Below, piece by piece: positions 37,122-47,578 of a stretch of DNA of 64,000 bases. A model generated the notes under the pieces. That model was given only the letters and a program-made list of their open reading frames with translations, searched no databases and was not told where the DNA came from. Source of the DNA: Batkoa obscura (lineage: Eukaryota); NCBI GenBank assembly GCA_030770535.1, contig JASVEC010000015.1, positions 744,001 to 808,000 of the forward strand, given 5' to 3'. The position numbers and the translations under genes are program-made. Positions within the stretch are counted from its first letter, which is position 1; every line of letters starts with the position of its first letter.

Positions 37122-38254
37122 ATGAGTTTTCTAACCCAAATAGAAGCGTGTGCCAACTTTAAAAAAGAGGAAATAGAATTCAACCTAGTATATCAAAATA
37201 ACAACGTGGGAATTGTATCCAAAGAAGTAGCTGCCGAGTTAAAAAATTATAACTCAGAATTATCTCAGCAGAATGAGAAGCAATTATTTAATTTTCAGCA
37301 AGATAAAATCACAATAACAAGGGACTATTATGACTTTGATACTCTCACTAGAGCTTTTGAGAAACTATTTTTGCAATGGAGAAAAGAAGAAAAGTTTATG
37401 GTATTAAATGGTAGTTTTTTTAAAATAGTAAAATATCTGATTTTTATTTTTAGGTTGGAGAAACGAGTTATATCCAATCTACTATAAAAAAGTAGAACAT
37501 AATGATAGTGTTGCTTGTGTCATTGAAAGAGTGGGCTCATTTTTATTAGGTATTAATACCTTTGGGGTACATATCAATGGGTATACATTTAATGAAAACA
37601 AAATGTATATTTGGATTGCAAAGCGTTCAAAAACTAAACCTACTTGGCCAAATATGTTAGATAATATGGTATTTTGCTAAACTTTAGTTTTTTTTGTTTA
37701 TTCTAAAATTTAAGTGTGCCGGTGGAATCAGTTATGGGGATTCAGTGTATTCAACTCTACTTAAAGAGTGTTTGGAAGAAGGGAACATACCTAATGAAAT
37801 AACTAAAAACGTAATTAATAATGATAATAATAAGGTAAATTTATTGATTTAAGATAGAGTAAATCTGCAGGAGTAGTTAGCTATATTACTAAAAACGAAT
37901 TTGGTATCTCATCAGAAACTCAATATATTTATGACCTTGAGTTACCTTGGGGATATAAACCAACACCAAATGATGGAGAGGTGGGACAATTTTATTGTTG
38001 GGAGGTTGATAAGGTAATAAAATAAGTAGTAATATATTAATAGTATATAATAATGCTGTTAGGTATTAGAAGCGTTAAAAAATAATGAGTTTAAACCTAA
38101 TTGTGGATTAAGTAAGAATGACATAAAACTTTATTAAATGTACGTTAATGTCTATTTAGTCATGATTGATTTCTTCATTCGCCATGGTATTTTGACAGCA
38201 GATAGTGAGCCTAATCTGTCCATTATTCAGGCGTTATGTCACCAACATCTATAG
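37122..38254 (+). CDS. Nudix hydrolase (YJR142W / thiamine-pyrophosphokinase-related type), multi-exon
   Basis: Spliced motifs GWRNELYP, GVHINGY, WIAKRSKTKPTWPNMLDNM-CAGG, KECLEEGNIP, ETQYIYDLEL, PTPNDGEV, EFKPNCGL and IDFFIRHGIL; stop TAG at 38252-38254. Confidence 0.9.
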
Positions 38255-39206
38255 TGATCGTTGTTGTAATAAATCAAAAATTGAAGTTTACATTTATTGT
38301 TATTATTATTTAAGTCAACTTAAATAGTCAAAATTAATTTCTTGTAATAAAAATAAATCTGTGATTATTTTTTTATTACAAAGTTTGAATTTGTTTTAAT
38401 CCTTACTTTGCCCTATTTTAAAGGAAAGTATATAAATTAAAAAAATCAATTTTATTTGACTGCTTGTTATTTAACACATTGTTATCTTTAATATTACTAT
38501 GTTCTGTTTATTTAAGTGCCCATGCTTGGATTTTAATATTATTTACAACTTAATAATTGTAGTTTAGCATGAATATTAGGTTAACATAGTTGTAGTGTTA
38601 ATAGAAAATAATAAAAATGGTTAAAATTCATAAACTAATTAAATTAAGTAATATCTAATTTCAATTAAAATTTATTAGCATAACTTGAATAGTTCAATGT
38701 TCTTATTTATTTTAATCAAAGGTAACTATCAATTAGAATTTAATTGATAGAGGCGGCGAATAATACAAAGGGTCTTATTAATAAACAATAATTTAATACT
38801 TATTTAATGACTTAAAGTATTTTGAATGGCACTACTTTTACTAAAAAATTATATTTGTAGAATTTACAAAAAGTAGTTGTTTATCGTTGACCAAATAAGG
38901 TATAGATTGACATTTCAAATTTAAGATTAAAGCAATTTTAATGGTTTGGGTGTTAAAAAATGAAAACAAATTAATATTTAATATTTTATGGCTATTAAAC
39001 AATAATAAACTGTACTAATAATCTCGACAACAACAATAATAAAATTACTAAATGTAGTCATTTATCATTCTAAATAGTTTAATCTAATTTTTATTTGTTA
39101 TCAACTGATTTCATAACAAATATATAGTTTATCATTCCAATCTATCCCAAACTATAAATACTTCAATTTTATCCCTTTCTTTGATTTTTAATTTTAATAC
39201 TAAACA

Positions 39207-39713
39207 ATGACTTTAATCACCCGTATTCTTGGTTTCTGTGCCTTTATAGCTCTCCCACAAGTATTAGGTTATGCTTCTGGCTCTCATGTACGTAGATTTG
39301 CAAATCCATATTATACCAATCTTAAAAAGCCTTTCTGGGCACCTCCAAGACGACTTATAGGACCAATCTGGACGATTTTATATCTATTACAGGGTATTGC
39401 CTCTTATCTTGTTTGGCGCCAAAAAATTATCAATAATGTGCCAGTAAAATTTCAAATCTGTTTATATTTAACCCAACTCTTCTTCAATATCAATTTCCCT
39501 CCTCTCTTTTTTAGAGTCCAATCAAGGCTCTTAGCACTGTTTGATATCTTCATTACCTTGATATTAGCTTGCTTTACTACCATTAGCTTCTTGCCTATTT
39601 CTCCAAATGCTGCGCTGCTAATGACTCCTTATTTGGGTTGGTTGTTTATCTCTGGTTACCTTTGTAAAAGAGTTTGGCGTTTAAATCAAAATGTTAAAGA
39701 GGAGCAAAATTAG
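39207..39713 (+). CDS. TSPO: TspO/MBR translocator protein
   Basis: YYTNLKKPFWAPP..LIGPIWTILY.LQGIASYLVW, PPLFF, AALLMTPYLGWL; about 5 TM helices. Confidence 0.92.
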   Translation: MTLITRILGFCAFIALPQVLGYASGSHVRRFANPYYTNLKKPFWAPPRRLIGPIWTILYLLQGIASYLVWRQKIINNVPVKFQICLYLTQLFFNINFPPLFFRVQSRLLALFDIFITLILACFTTISFLPISPNAALLMTPYLGWLFISGYLCKRVWRLNQNVKEEQN

Positions 39714-39784
39714 CTTTTAGAATAAATTCATTTATAAAGTATTAGTTGCCTTTATTGTTTAGAGTCATTTTGGTTTAATTGTAT

Positions 39785-39883
39785 GGGGATGTATTTTTGT
39801 ATTTAAGAATTTTACTAACAAATTTTCCACTTAAATAGTGCCTAAAAAATGGAAAAAATAATGAAGCCAAAAAAAACATCCCC
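39785..39883 (+). mobile_element. MITE family 1 copy, non-palindromic TSD GTAT
   Basis: GTAT|GGGGATG...CATCCCC|GTAT. Confidence 0.93.
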
Positions 39884-40009
39884 GTATTATGTATTTGATT
39901 TAAGACAATTTTAAATTAATGGTCTTAAGTTTGTTATGATTTTTAGAAAATAATGTATAACCGGTATTTACCAACTTGATAATATAGTTAAGGAACCATG
40001 GAGTTATTG

Positions 40010-40176
40010 TACAACTGTCTCAACTCTTTTGCGACTGCCTTAGTAATAGCTTATATAGCTCTATTATTTATGCATCCAATTTTCATAAAGGCAATCAAAT
40101 TACTTAGGAAACTTAATATAATTCCTTGTTATAAATAGGCAGTTAGTTAATTCACAAAAGAACTGCAGTAATTGTA
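40010..40176. mobile_element. Degenerate MITE family 2 copy (TA-flanked, ~25-bp imperfect TIRs)
   Basis: TACAACTGTCTCAACTCTTTTGCGAC ... TCACAAAAGAACTGCAGTAATTGTA; the termini resemble those at 58432-58591. Confidence 0.5.
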
Positions 40177-41001
40177 TTTACAATAATACTGAAATTCAAA
40201 AAATTTAAAGATTTTAAAAATTGCCAACTGATCATATTCCCTCTTTTGCTTTTTAGCTATAATTTAATAAGGTAGGTCTTAATTTAAAAGTTTTCAAATA
40301 GTTTATTATAAAGTATACATATTATTATAAATTTACATATTTAAAACTATTTTTAACCCTCTTTGTACATTTCTGTATGAAATTTTTCTTATTTTATGAG
40401 GCTAACAATCTGCCCTTATATAAAACTGTTTATTAGTAGTAAAGCACATAAGAATACATTTATTGTTCTCAGTATTTTTTGTCCTTTTACCTAACGTAGA
40501 ATTAAGAAAAGCTACTGGCAAAACATTGAAACAAAAAAGGATATCTATATGCTGTTACTGCTTCAATTATTTTTTATTTGATCAAATTAGTATGAGTAGG
40601 ATGTAAACAAGCTTTTACTATATACTTTTATTCATCCTATCATTTTAATATGTCTTTAATCTTTAAATTATGATATACTGTACAACTATTTTTAAAGGCT
40701 TATTTTTTTTCTATAGTAAAACGTCTGACTGATAATTGATGCTATTAACCTTTTGAGTGCCATGGACGATTATTTTCATCAAGCTTAACAACGTAATTAC
40801 AAAAAAATATTATTCGATTATTTGTAAAATGATTTCGCTCTTTAAACAATATTTTCGAAATTTGATCCCCAAAGGGTCAAAAGCTAATTGGTAAAATAAG
40901 TCACTAACAATGTTTACCACCCACATTACAATTTTCAAAATTTATGATGTAGAAATGTTTGAGATTAGATAAAAAAGGATTTGAGTTATCTTACTTTTTG
41001 A

Positions 41002-42070
41002 ATGAAAATAATACCATATAATTTTAATAAAGAAAGAGAGCGTAAGAAAGGATATAGTTCAAAAGCAAAAAGTAAACAGCTGAATGAAAGGATACTAAGA
41101 TTGGAGTCACAAGTACAAACAATATTTCAGTTTATAAAAGATTATGAGTTAACTTTAATCAATTCAAGCTCAAATGGAACACCAATATATTATTATAAGA
41201 AACTTCAGTATATAAAAAACTATTTGGTTTGGGCTTGTAAGCAGTTGAACTCCAATAATGATTTTGATGGTTACAGTTGCACTAATCTTTTTTCAGCTTC
41301 TCAGTTTGATACGTATGTGAAGCAAGTTGACTCAGTACTAAAGGACTATATTAAACTCAATTCGGACAAATTATTCAACTTAAGGAACAGAACAGGAAGA
41401 AGTGCTGAAGGAGTAGGAAATAAGGTAACAAGCGTAGATTATGGTAAATTTTTAGAGGATGGAATCCATGCACATCGATGCTTATTATTTGGATCAGGTA
41501 ATCAGTTTACAGAAAAAGAGTTAAGAGCTATACTAAAAAGCAAACAACCCAATTTTTTGTCGTATACTATTTTAAGCACTTTTAGCTCATATGGAAATAT
41601 ATATCATGATCCAACTTTAATAGACATTTTTAATAAAACTCATTATGAGTCAACAAAGCTAATCTATCAAGCTTTAGATGATGTAAGTATTAATACTCTT
41701 AAGGCACTATTGTTACTAAGTAAAGTTGCATGCTTTGATTTTAATTGGGACTTGTTGAATCATATTTATCCAATAATATTAAGGATGGCTTATTCATTAG
41801 AGATCGATAAAGTGAATTTAAACACAGACTTAGAAAATAAAACGTTTGAAGAAGCAACATTAGTAATACAAAAGTATAAAATATGGGAATCTATAGTGAT
41901 CTTTGCTACAATAAATCATTCTTTGTTTAAGCAGTTTCCATTAGGGAAACAGTTTGAACTCGAGTTACCCAACTTTAAGGTATTGAAACAAGTTTATCAA
42001 AAGTATCCGAATCCGTTCAATGCACTTACTAATCAAAAAGAACTTTCGTTCTCTTTTTGGACAAATTTAA
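41002..42070 (+). repeat. Right arm of the 1,069-bp inverted repeat (partner 32308-33376)
   Basis: Same length as the left arm; identity begins at the ATG. Confidence 0.9.
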
Positions 42071-42930
42071 ATGAGGTATTTTTAATTCTGTCAAAACATA
42101 TTCTGACTATCAAAGATGAATCATCTAAATCCAATCTTGTTTATCTTGAGAATATAAGACTAAAAAACTATGATCTTGAGCGGATACAGAATATTATAAA
42201 TTACTATTTCGAACCTGATGCTAACTTTATTATTGAGGAATATCTAAGATATACCAAAAAGCAGCCATTATATATCCATAATTATTTATGTCGGATCCCA
42301 AATAATCATTGTGAACAGCATGGCTATCATTTATTAATTCGAAGAAATATACTGTTTTGTATAACACAGATACTTTTAGTAAACCCAATAATGGATAGTA
42401 ATCCCATACAAATGGAAGTCCCTCTAAAAGACATGTTGATTATTCTAGAGGCAGGAATTAAAATGTTTTGTTTTTATAAGATAATAACCTATGTCTATTT
42501 TAAAAATATAATCGAGCTTTTAAGTGAAACTGAAGGTAATGAAGACCTGATTAATGAGATTGAAACTTACCTAAATGAAACCCCAGAACCCAATATAAAC
42601 CATTACCTCGATGTTTCGATTTATGTGACCATCAAGTCGCTTCATTTTGAAAACCTACTTTATTCCATGTATGTGTTCCTATTAGCTATAACCTCGGAGG
42701 ATTTTCAGCTTCGAAGCAATTATTCTAATGAAATGATGGATTATTTGAAACATAACGTATTAATTATTTTGCAAATACTTCAACTTGCTTACAAATCAAA
42801 ACATATCTATAAAAAATTGGATATCGATTATACTTTTCAAAGGTTAAAGATTATATTGACTAATTTTACGATTTCAAAGAAGTTTTTGGAAGATATCAAG
42901 AGCATTGTGAATATCGATCAGTTTTATTAA
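41002..42930 (+). CDS. Paralogue A2 of the ~640-aa family
   Basis: 642-aa ORF; N-terminal ~356 aa identical to A1, C-terminal part diverged. Confidence 0.6.
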   Translation: MKIIPYNFNKERERKKGYSSKAKSKQLNERILRLESQVQTIFQFIKDYELTLINSSSNGTPIYYYKKLQYIKNYLVWACKQLNSNNDFDGYSCTNLFSASQFDTYVKQVDSVLKDYIKLNSDKLFNLRNRTGRSAEGVGNKVTSVDYGKFLEDGIHAHRCLLFGSGNQFTEKELRAILKSKQPNFLSYTILSTFSSYGNIYHDPTLIDIFNKTHYESTKLIYQALDDVSINTLKALLLLSKVACFDFNWDLLNHIYPIILRMAYSLEIDKVNLNTDLENKTFEEATLVIQKYKIWESIVIFATINHSLFKQFPLGKQFELELPNFKVLKQVYQKYPNPFNALTNQKELSFSFWTNLNEVFLILSKHILTIKDESSKSNLVYLENIRLKNYDLERIQNIINYYFEPDANFIIEEYLRYTKKQPLYIHNYLCRIPNNHCEQHGYHLLIRRNILFCITQILLVNPIMDSNPIQMEVPLKDMLIILEAGIKMFCFYKIITYVYFKNIIELLSETEGNEDLINEIETYLNETPEPNINHYLDVSIYVTIKSLHFENLLYSMYVFLLAITSEDFQLRSNYSNEMMDYLKHNVLIILQILQLAYKSKHIYKKLDIDYTFQRLKIILTNFTISKKFLEDIKSIVNIDQFY

Positions 42931-43139
42931 AGCTATTTATGTTTTTATTTTTATCTTTTATTCACAAATTTATTTATTGTATTATAACAGAAGTTTAAAT
43001 GATTTAGTGAGAATAGAATAAGGCTAGTTAATTCCATTTGAAAAAGCGATATTTTTTGGTTCAAAAACGGGTCTTATGATATAAAACTCAGATTTTTTAT
43101 TTTTTAATTCTAAAAAACATATCATTTTAATTCAATACC

Positions 43140-45074
43140 ATGATAATTAAAGGTTACACTTTTGATACAAGTGGGGCTAAAAGGAAATATACATTACATA
43201 ATATAAGAACGAAACAAGAGAAAGTAAATGAAAGGATAGACCTTTTAGAGGCACAAACTAAACAGTTGTTTCAAGCGATAAATGAAATTGAATGTGAGTT
43301 AAAAAGTTCAACTTTAAGGTCAAAGTCAATTCTATACTATAACATTAAGAGATTAAATTATATCAAACGATATTTAGTCTGGGCTAGTAACCAAATCAAG
43401 CTAAGTACAGGTGCCTCAAAAGAATATTTAGAAACTAGATGTTGGGATTATTTCGCTATAAATATAAGAAAAGTAGAAAGTGTTATAGAGGATTATATGA
43501 AGTTCCATTCGGATCAATTATATAGTTTGAGAAACCGCGGTGGTAGAAGCATAGAGCATGTGGGTAGTGAACCGAGCAAGTTTGATTATGGAAGTTTCTT
43601 AGAGATAGGGATAGATGCACATAATTGCATATTGGTAGGATCAGGCTCCGAGTTTACCAGCCAAGAGTTAACTAAAATAATTAAAGACAAGAAAGGCGAT
43701 TTTATCTATTATACTGTGCTAAGTACATTTGGATTTTTTCATGATATGATATGTGATGAAATGTTAAAAGACATATTTAATAAAACTTACAAGGAATCTG
43801 TTAATTTGATTTACCAGAGTATTAATACAGTAACCTTTGACAATTTAAAAGCGTTAATACTATTTATTAAAATGAGCTGCTATGAATCAAATTTTGAATT
43901 GATAAAAAATATCTTTCCAATAGTATTGAGAATGGCTTATTGTTTTGGGATTGATAAAATTGATTTGAAAGCGGATTTGCAAAATAAATCAAAACAAGAA
44001 GTTTGTTTGATACTAAAGAAGTATAAATTATGGGCCTATATTTCGTTTTTTATGAATTCAAACAATTTACTCTTTCTCAATCGTAATGCTCTTCCAAAGC
44101 ATATAGATAGTCAGCCTCTTGATATGCAGCTATTACATCGACTTGAAATAAAGTATTCCACTTACATTGACAAGTGTGCAGATAATAGGAGGACCCCTTC
44201 ATTTATCTGGCTTAATTCAATTGAAATCTTTGCTATTATTGCTAACCATTTTAAACCATTTAATAACTCAGTCTCCGATTCTGAACAAATTTGTTATAAT
44301 AAATTCAAATTAACAAACAATGATTATAAACGAGTTCAACAAGCAATCGAATGTTATATTCAACCCAATTCTAACTTTATTGAGGAAGAATATTTAAGAG
44401 GTGTTAGGAAAGAAGCACTTTGCATGCATAATTATCTTTGTCATTTTTCAAATAACCTTTGCATTCATCATAAATTTTATTTTTTAATACGTTACTCTGT
44501 TTTGCTCTATTGCAATCAAATTTATTTAATATGTCCTTATGTTGTTAATAACAAAGTTCAAAGACAAGTATCACCAAGAGATATGTTAATAGTATTAGAA
44601 GCAGCCCTTAAAATAACATCGATTTATAAAATATTAACCTACGTTTATTTTGAGAACATCATGGAACAGTTAACTGATACGCCAAATAATATTGAACTTA
44701 TAACCCAACTTAAAAGTTATCTGAATAATAACTTGAAACCTAGCACAACTGATACAATTAATAAAATGATTTATTCAATTTTAAGAGCAATCCAGTTTGA
44801 AGAGCTACTCAATGCCTTTTATGTATTCCTTCTAGCAATAACATGCGAGAAATTTCAACTTCAAAGTAATTGTCCTAATGAAGTAATGGACTTTTTGAAA
44901 CAAAATTGTATATCTATTTTAGAACTATTTCAACTTGCTTATAACTTGGAAAGATTTACTAATAAATCTGACATCGATTTTGTAATTCAAAGAGTTCAAA
45001 TACTATTATTTGAGTTCCCTATTTGTTCTGAACTTAAAGATACTTTACTTGCTTGTTTGGATGTTAAGGAGTAA
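43140..45074 (+). CDS. Paralogue B2 of the ~640-aa family
   Basis: 644-aa ORF with mosaic identity to B1. Confidence 0.6.
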   Translation: MIIKGYTFDTSGAKRKYTLHNIRTKQEKVNERIDLLEAQTKQLFQAINEIECELKSSTLRSKSILYYNIKRLNYIKRYLVWASNQIKLSTGASKEYLETRCWDYFAINIRKVESVIEDYMKFHSDQLYSLRNRGGRSIEHVGSEPSKFDYGSFLEIGIDAHNCILVGSGSEFTSQELTKIIKDKKGDFIYYTVLSTFGFFHDMICDEMLKDIFNKTYKESVNLIYQSINTVTFDNLKALILFIKMSCYESNFELIKNIFPIVLRMAYCFGIDKIDLKADLQNKSKQEVCLILKKYKLWAYISFFMNSNNLLFLNRNALPKHIDSQPLDMQLLHRLEIKYSTYIDKCADNRRTPSFIWLNSIEIFAIIANHFKPFNNSVSDSEQICYNKFKLTNNDYKRVQQAIECYIQPNSNFIEEEYLRGVRKEALCMHNYLCHFSNNLCIHHKFYFLIRYSVLLYCNQIYLICPYVVNNKVQRQVSPRDMLIVLEAALKITSIYKILTYVYFENIMEQLTDTPNNIELITQLKSYLNNNLKPSTTDTINKMIYSILRAIQFEELLNAFYVFLLAITCEKFQLQSNCPNEVMDFLKQNCISILELFQLAYNLERFTNKSDIDFVIQRVQILLFEFPICSELKDTLLACLDVKE

Positions 45075-45539
45075 AAATAGTTTATACTTATATAAATCAT
45101 CCATACTCATTTTATAGTTTAGTTATTGTATTTTCGTTTTTTAATTTGTGTAAAGTAAAATAAATGTTTATTATGATAATCATTGTATTGTTCTTATGTT
45201 AAGCGTTTATTTTTTAGAGATTGTTTATAATAATTCTAGAATTTTTTTACTATTTATACAGACATCTATTTTATTATAAAAAATATTTGTAAACAATGTT
45301 TACCCTTTTTACTGATGTTATAACCTTGTTTTTATCTAAATCGACATATTCAATAGAGCATAAAAATACCAATATAATATACTATAACAATGGCAAGTTC
45401 TTTAAAATCCGAGTTGTTTTTTTAGCAATATCTTTTTACTCTTATATTACTGAACACTAAGTCTTATATTTATAATATAATTGCGTTTAAAAATTTTGAA
45501 AAGGTTATTTTATTATTCGTTTAGTTATAATCAACATTT

Positions 45540-45638
45540 GGGGATATATTTTTGAATTTAAGAATTTTACTAACAATTTTTCCACTCAAATAGCACTTAA
45601 AAGATGGAAAAAGTAATAAAGTCAATAAAAACACCCCC
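45540..45638 (+). mobile_element. MITE family 1 copy, TSD ATTT
   Basis: ATTT|GGGGATA...CACCCCC|ATTT. Confidence 0.92.
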
Positions 45639-45948
45639 ATTTAAAATGTTAAAAACTATTATTCCTAAATATTTATTTCGGAAACAAATTATAAAAAATA
45701 AAACAAAAAAAATTATTAAATTAAAATACTCTATTTTCAAATATTCTAAATCAAATAAAATAGTATTACGCTCTATTTTAGATAAATTAATATGATTAAA
45801 AGAGGAAGCCTTGAAGCATATAAAAGTACAGTATTAACAAAGTAATTTTACATAATAAACAAACAACTCAAAAATCGGTAACTATAATAAAAACTAGGAA
45901 ATAAAGAGCAAAAAATAGTTATTAGTAATTAGATACGGAAAAACATTT

Positions 45949-46044
45949 GGGGATGCATTTTTGTGTTTAAGGATTTTACTAATTTTTCTACTCAAATAGC
46001 ATTTAAATGATGGAAAAAGTAATGAAGCCAAAAAAATCATCCAC
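45949..46044 (+). mobile_element. MITE family 1 copy, TSD ATTT/ATTC
   Basis: ATTT|GGGGATG...CATCCAC|ATTC. Confidence 0.9.
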
Positions 46045-46132
46045 ATTCTTCTAATCAAATTAAAAATAAAAACGCTCACAAAAAATAGAAAGCAATCAAA
46101 TAACAATAAGTAATAAAGTTTTTGATGCATAT

Positions 46133-46229
46133 GGGGATGTTTTTTTTGGTTTCATTATTTTTCCATTTTTTAAGCGCTATTTAAGTGGAAAGATGTTGGT
46201 AAAATTCTTGAACAAAAAAATACATCCTC
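46133..46229 (-). mobile_element. MITE family 1 copy, reverse orientation, TSD ATAT
   Basis: ATAT|GGGGATG...CATCCTC|ATAT with reverse-complement internal sequence. Confidence 0.92.
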
Positions 46230-46281
46230 ATATTGTTTAAAAGATGTTCTTATTTTTAAAAAGCCCAAAGTTCAAAAATAT

Positions 46282-46380
46282 GGGGATGTATTTTTGTGTT
46301 TAAGAATTTTACTAACAAATTTTCCGCTTGAATAGCGCTTAAAAGGTGGAAAAAGTAATGAAATCAAAAAAATCATCCCC
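46282..46380 (+). mobile_element. MITE family 1 copy (closest to consensus), TSD ATAT
   Basis: ATAT|GGGGATGTATTTTTGTGTTTAAGAATTTTACTAACAAATTTTCCGCTTGAATAGCGCTTAAAAGGTGGAAAAAGTAATGAAATCAAAAAAATCATCCCC|ATAT. Confidence 0.95.
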
Positions 46381-47578
46381 ATATGCTATTAGCTAAATGT
46401 CTATTTAAATTATGAAGACTTCAATACTCAAAGAAAATTGCTCATGGAATAACAGGTTTTTTATTTTATTACTTTATAAAAATAAAAGTTGAGCAAAAAG
46501 TATATTATAATGTTATAACAAATTCAAGCTTTTATTTATCTTGGATAAGGAAATAAATCGTTAAATATAACATATCAAATAAATAAATAATAAAACAATA
46601 CTATCTTATCGAAATCATTATCAATATCGTACGAAGGGATAAAAGAATGGTAATATTATAATGAAAAGTTCTTAATAAATAAAGACGTCATTATCTCAAC
46701 AAATTACTAATAATTGTTTATTTTAATCATTATATTATATCAATTATAGCTAAAATTTCTAATACTATTAAAATAGAAATTAACTTTCATTTTGTATAAA
46801 TCTTATTAAAATGTTTAATTAAAACTATTACTTTTTTATTCAACATCATGCAAATGATCAGATTTTTCTTGATAATCACCTGTTTTTTTCTTTATCATAC
46901 TTTTTTATATTTAACTATAAATACTTTGTACATGTTATTTAATAGTATATTCTACGAACTTAAATATTCTCTAAATAATATACATAACTTCAATAGCCCT
47001 CGTATTACATATTAAACTTAACAATGTTAAAATCCGATTTAAAAATTAGGCAATTAGAATCTAATAATTTTAATAAATCCATGGGAACACCTTGTTATAA
47101 ATATATGTAATATAATACATTAATTTCCACTATCATCAACAAGTCATGTATGGTTCTATTTATATTTTCTAGTTATCTCTTTTCATTACTTTTAAATAAA
47201 GGTAACTTATTACTAATTCAAGGACATAAAAATTCAAAATCTGGATTTAAAATGTCGCAATACCTGTCAAAGATCATTTCATAAGAAAACGAAAATTTAT
47301 AAAAGATCCAATGAATATCGAAAAATATTTAAGATATTGGTTTCATTAGCTAATATTCAATTGGTGGTGGGATAATTTTTCTAAAGATATTAACTAATAT
47401 TTATCATGTATTTTTAATACAAAACATTAGTCTAAAAAAAAGTATATAAAATGGCCCATGGTCCCTGAAAATAAGTCAACTATAAGTTTTATTTTTCTGT
47501 AAAATAGTATCCTTATATTCTTTCGTTTATTTAATTTTAATTTTTAAGTCTACTATCAACTACTAATTAATTAGAAAC

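Noticed and set aside
45604..46130. ORFs 45604-45795 and 45894-46130
   Set aside because: They run through MITE and AT-rich sequence and are most likely spurious
45540..46380. Clustered ~99-bp repeats as a CRISPR array or bacterial REP/ERIC elements
   Set aside because: The context is eukaryotic, spacing is irregular, orientations are mixed, each copy has its own TIRs and TSD, and there are no cas genes
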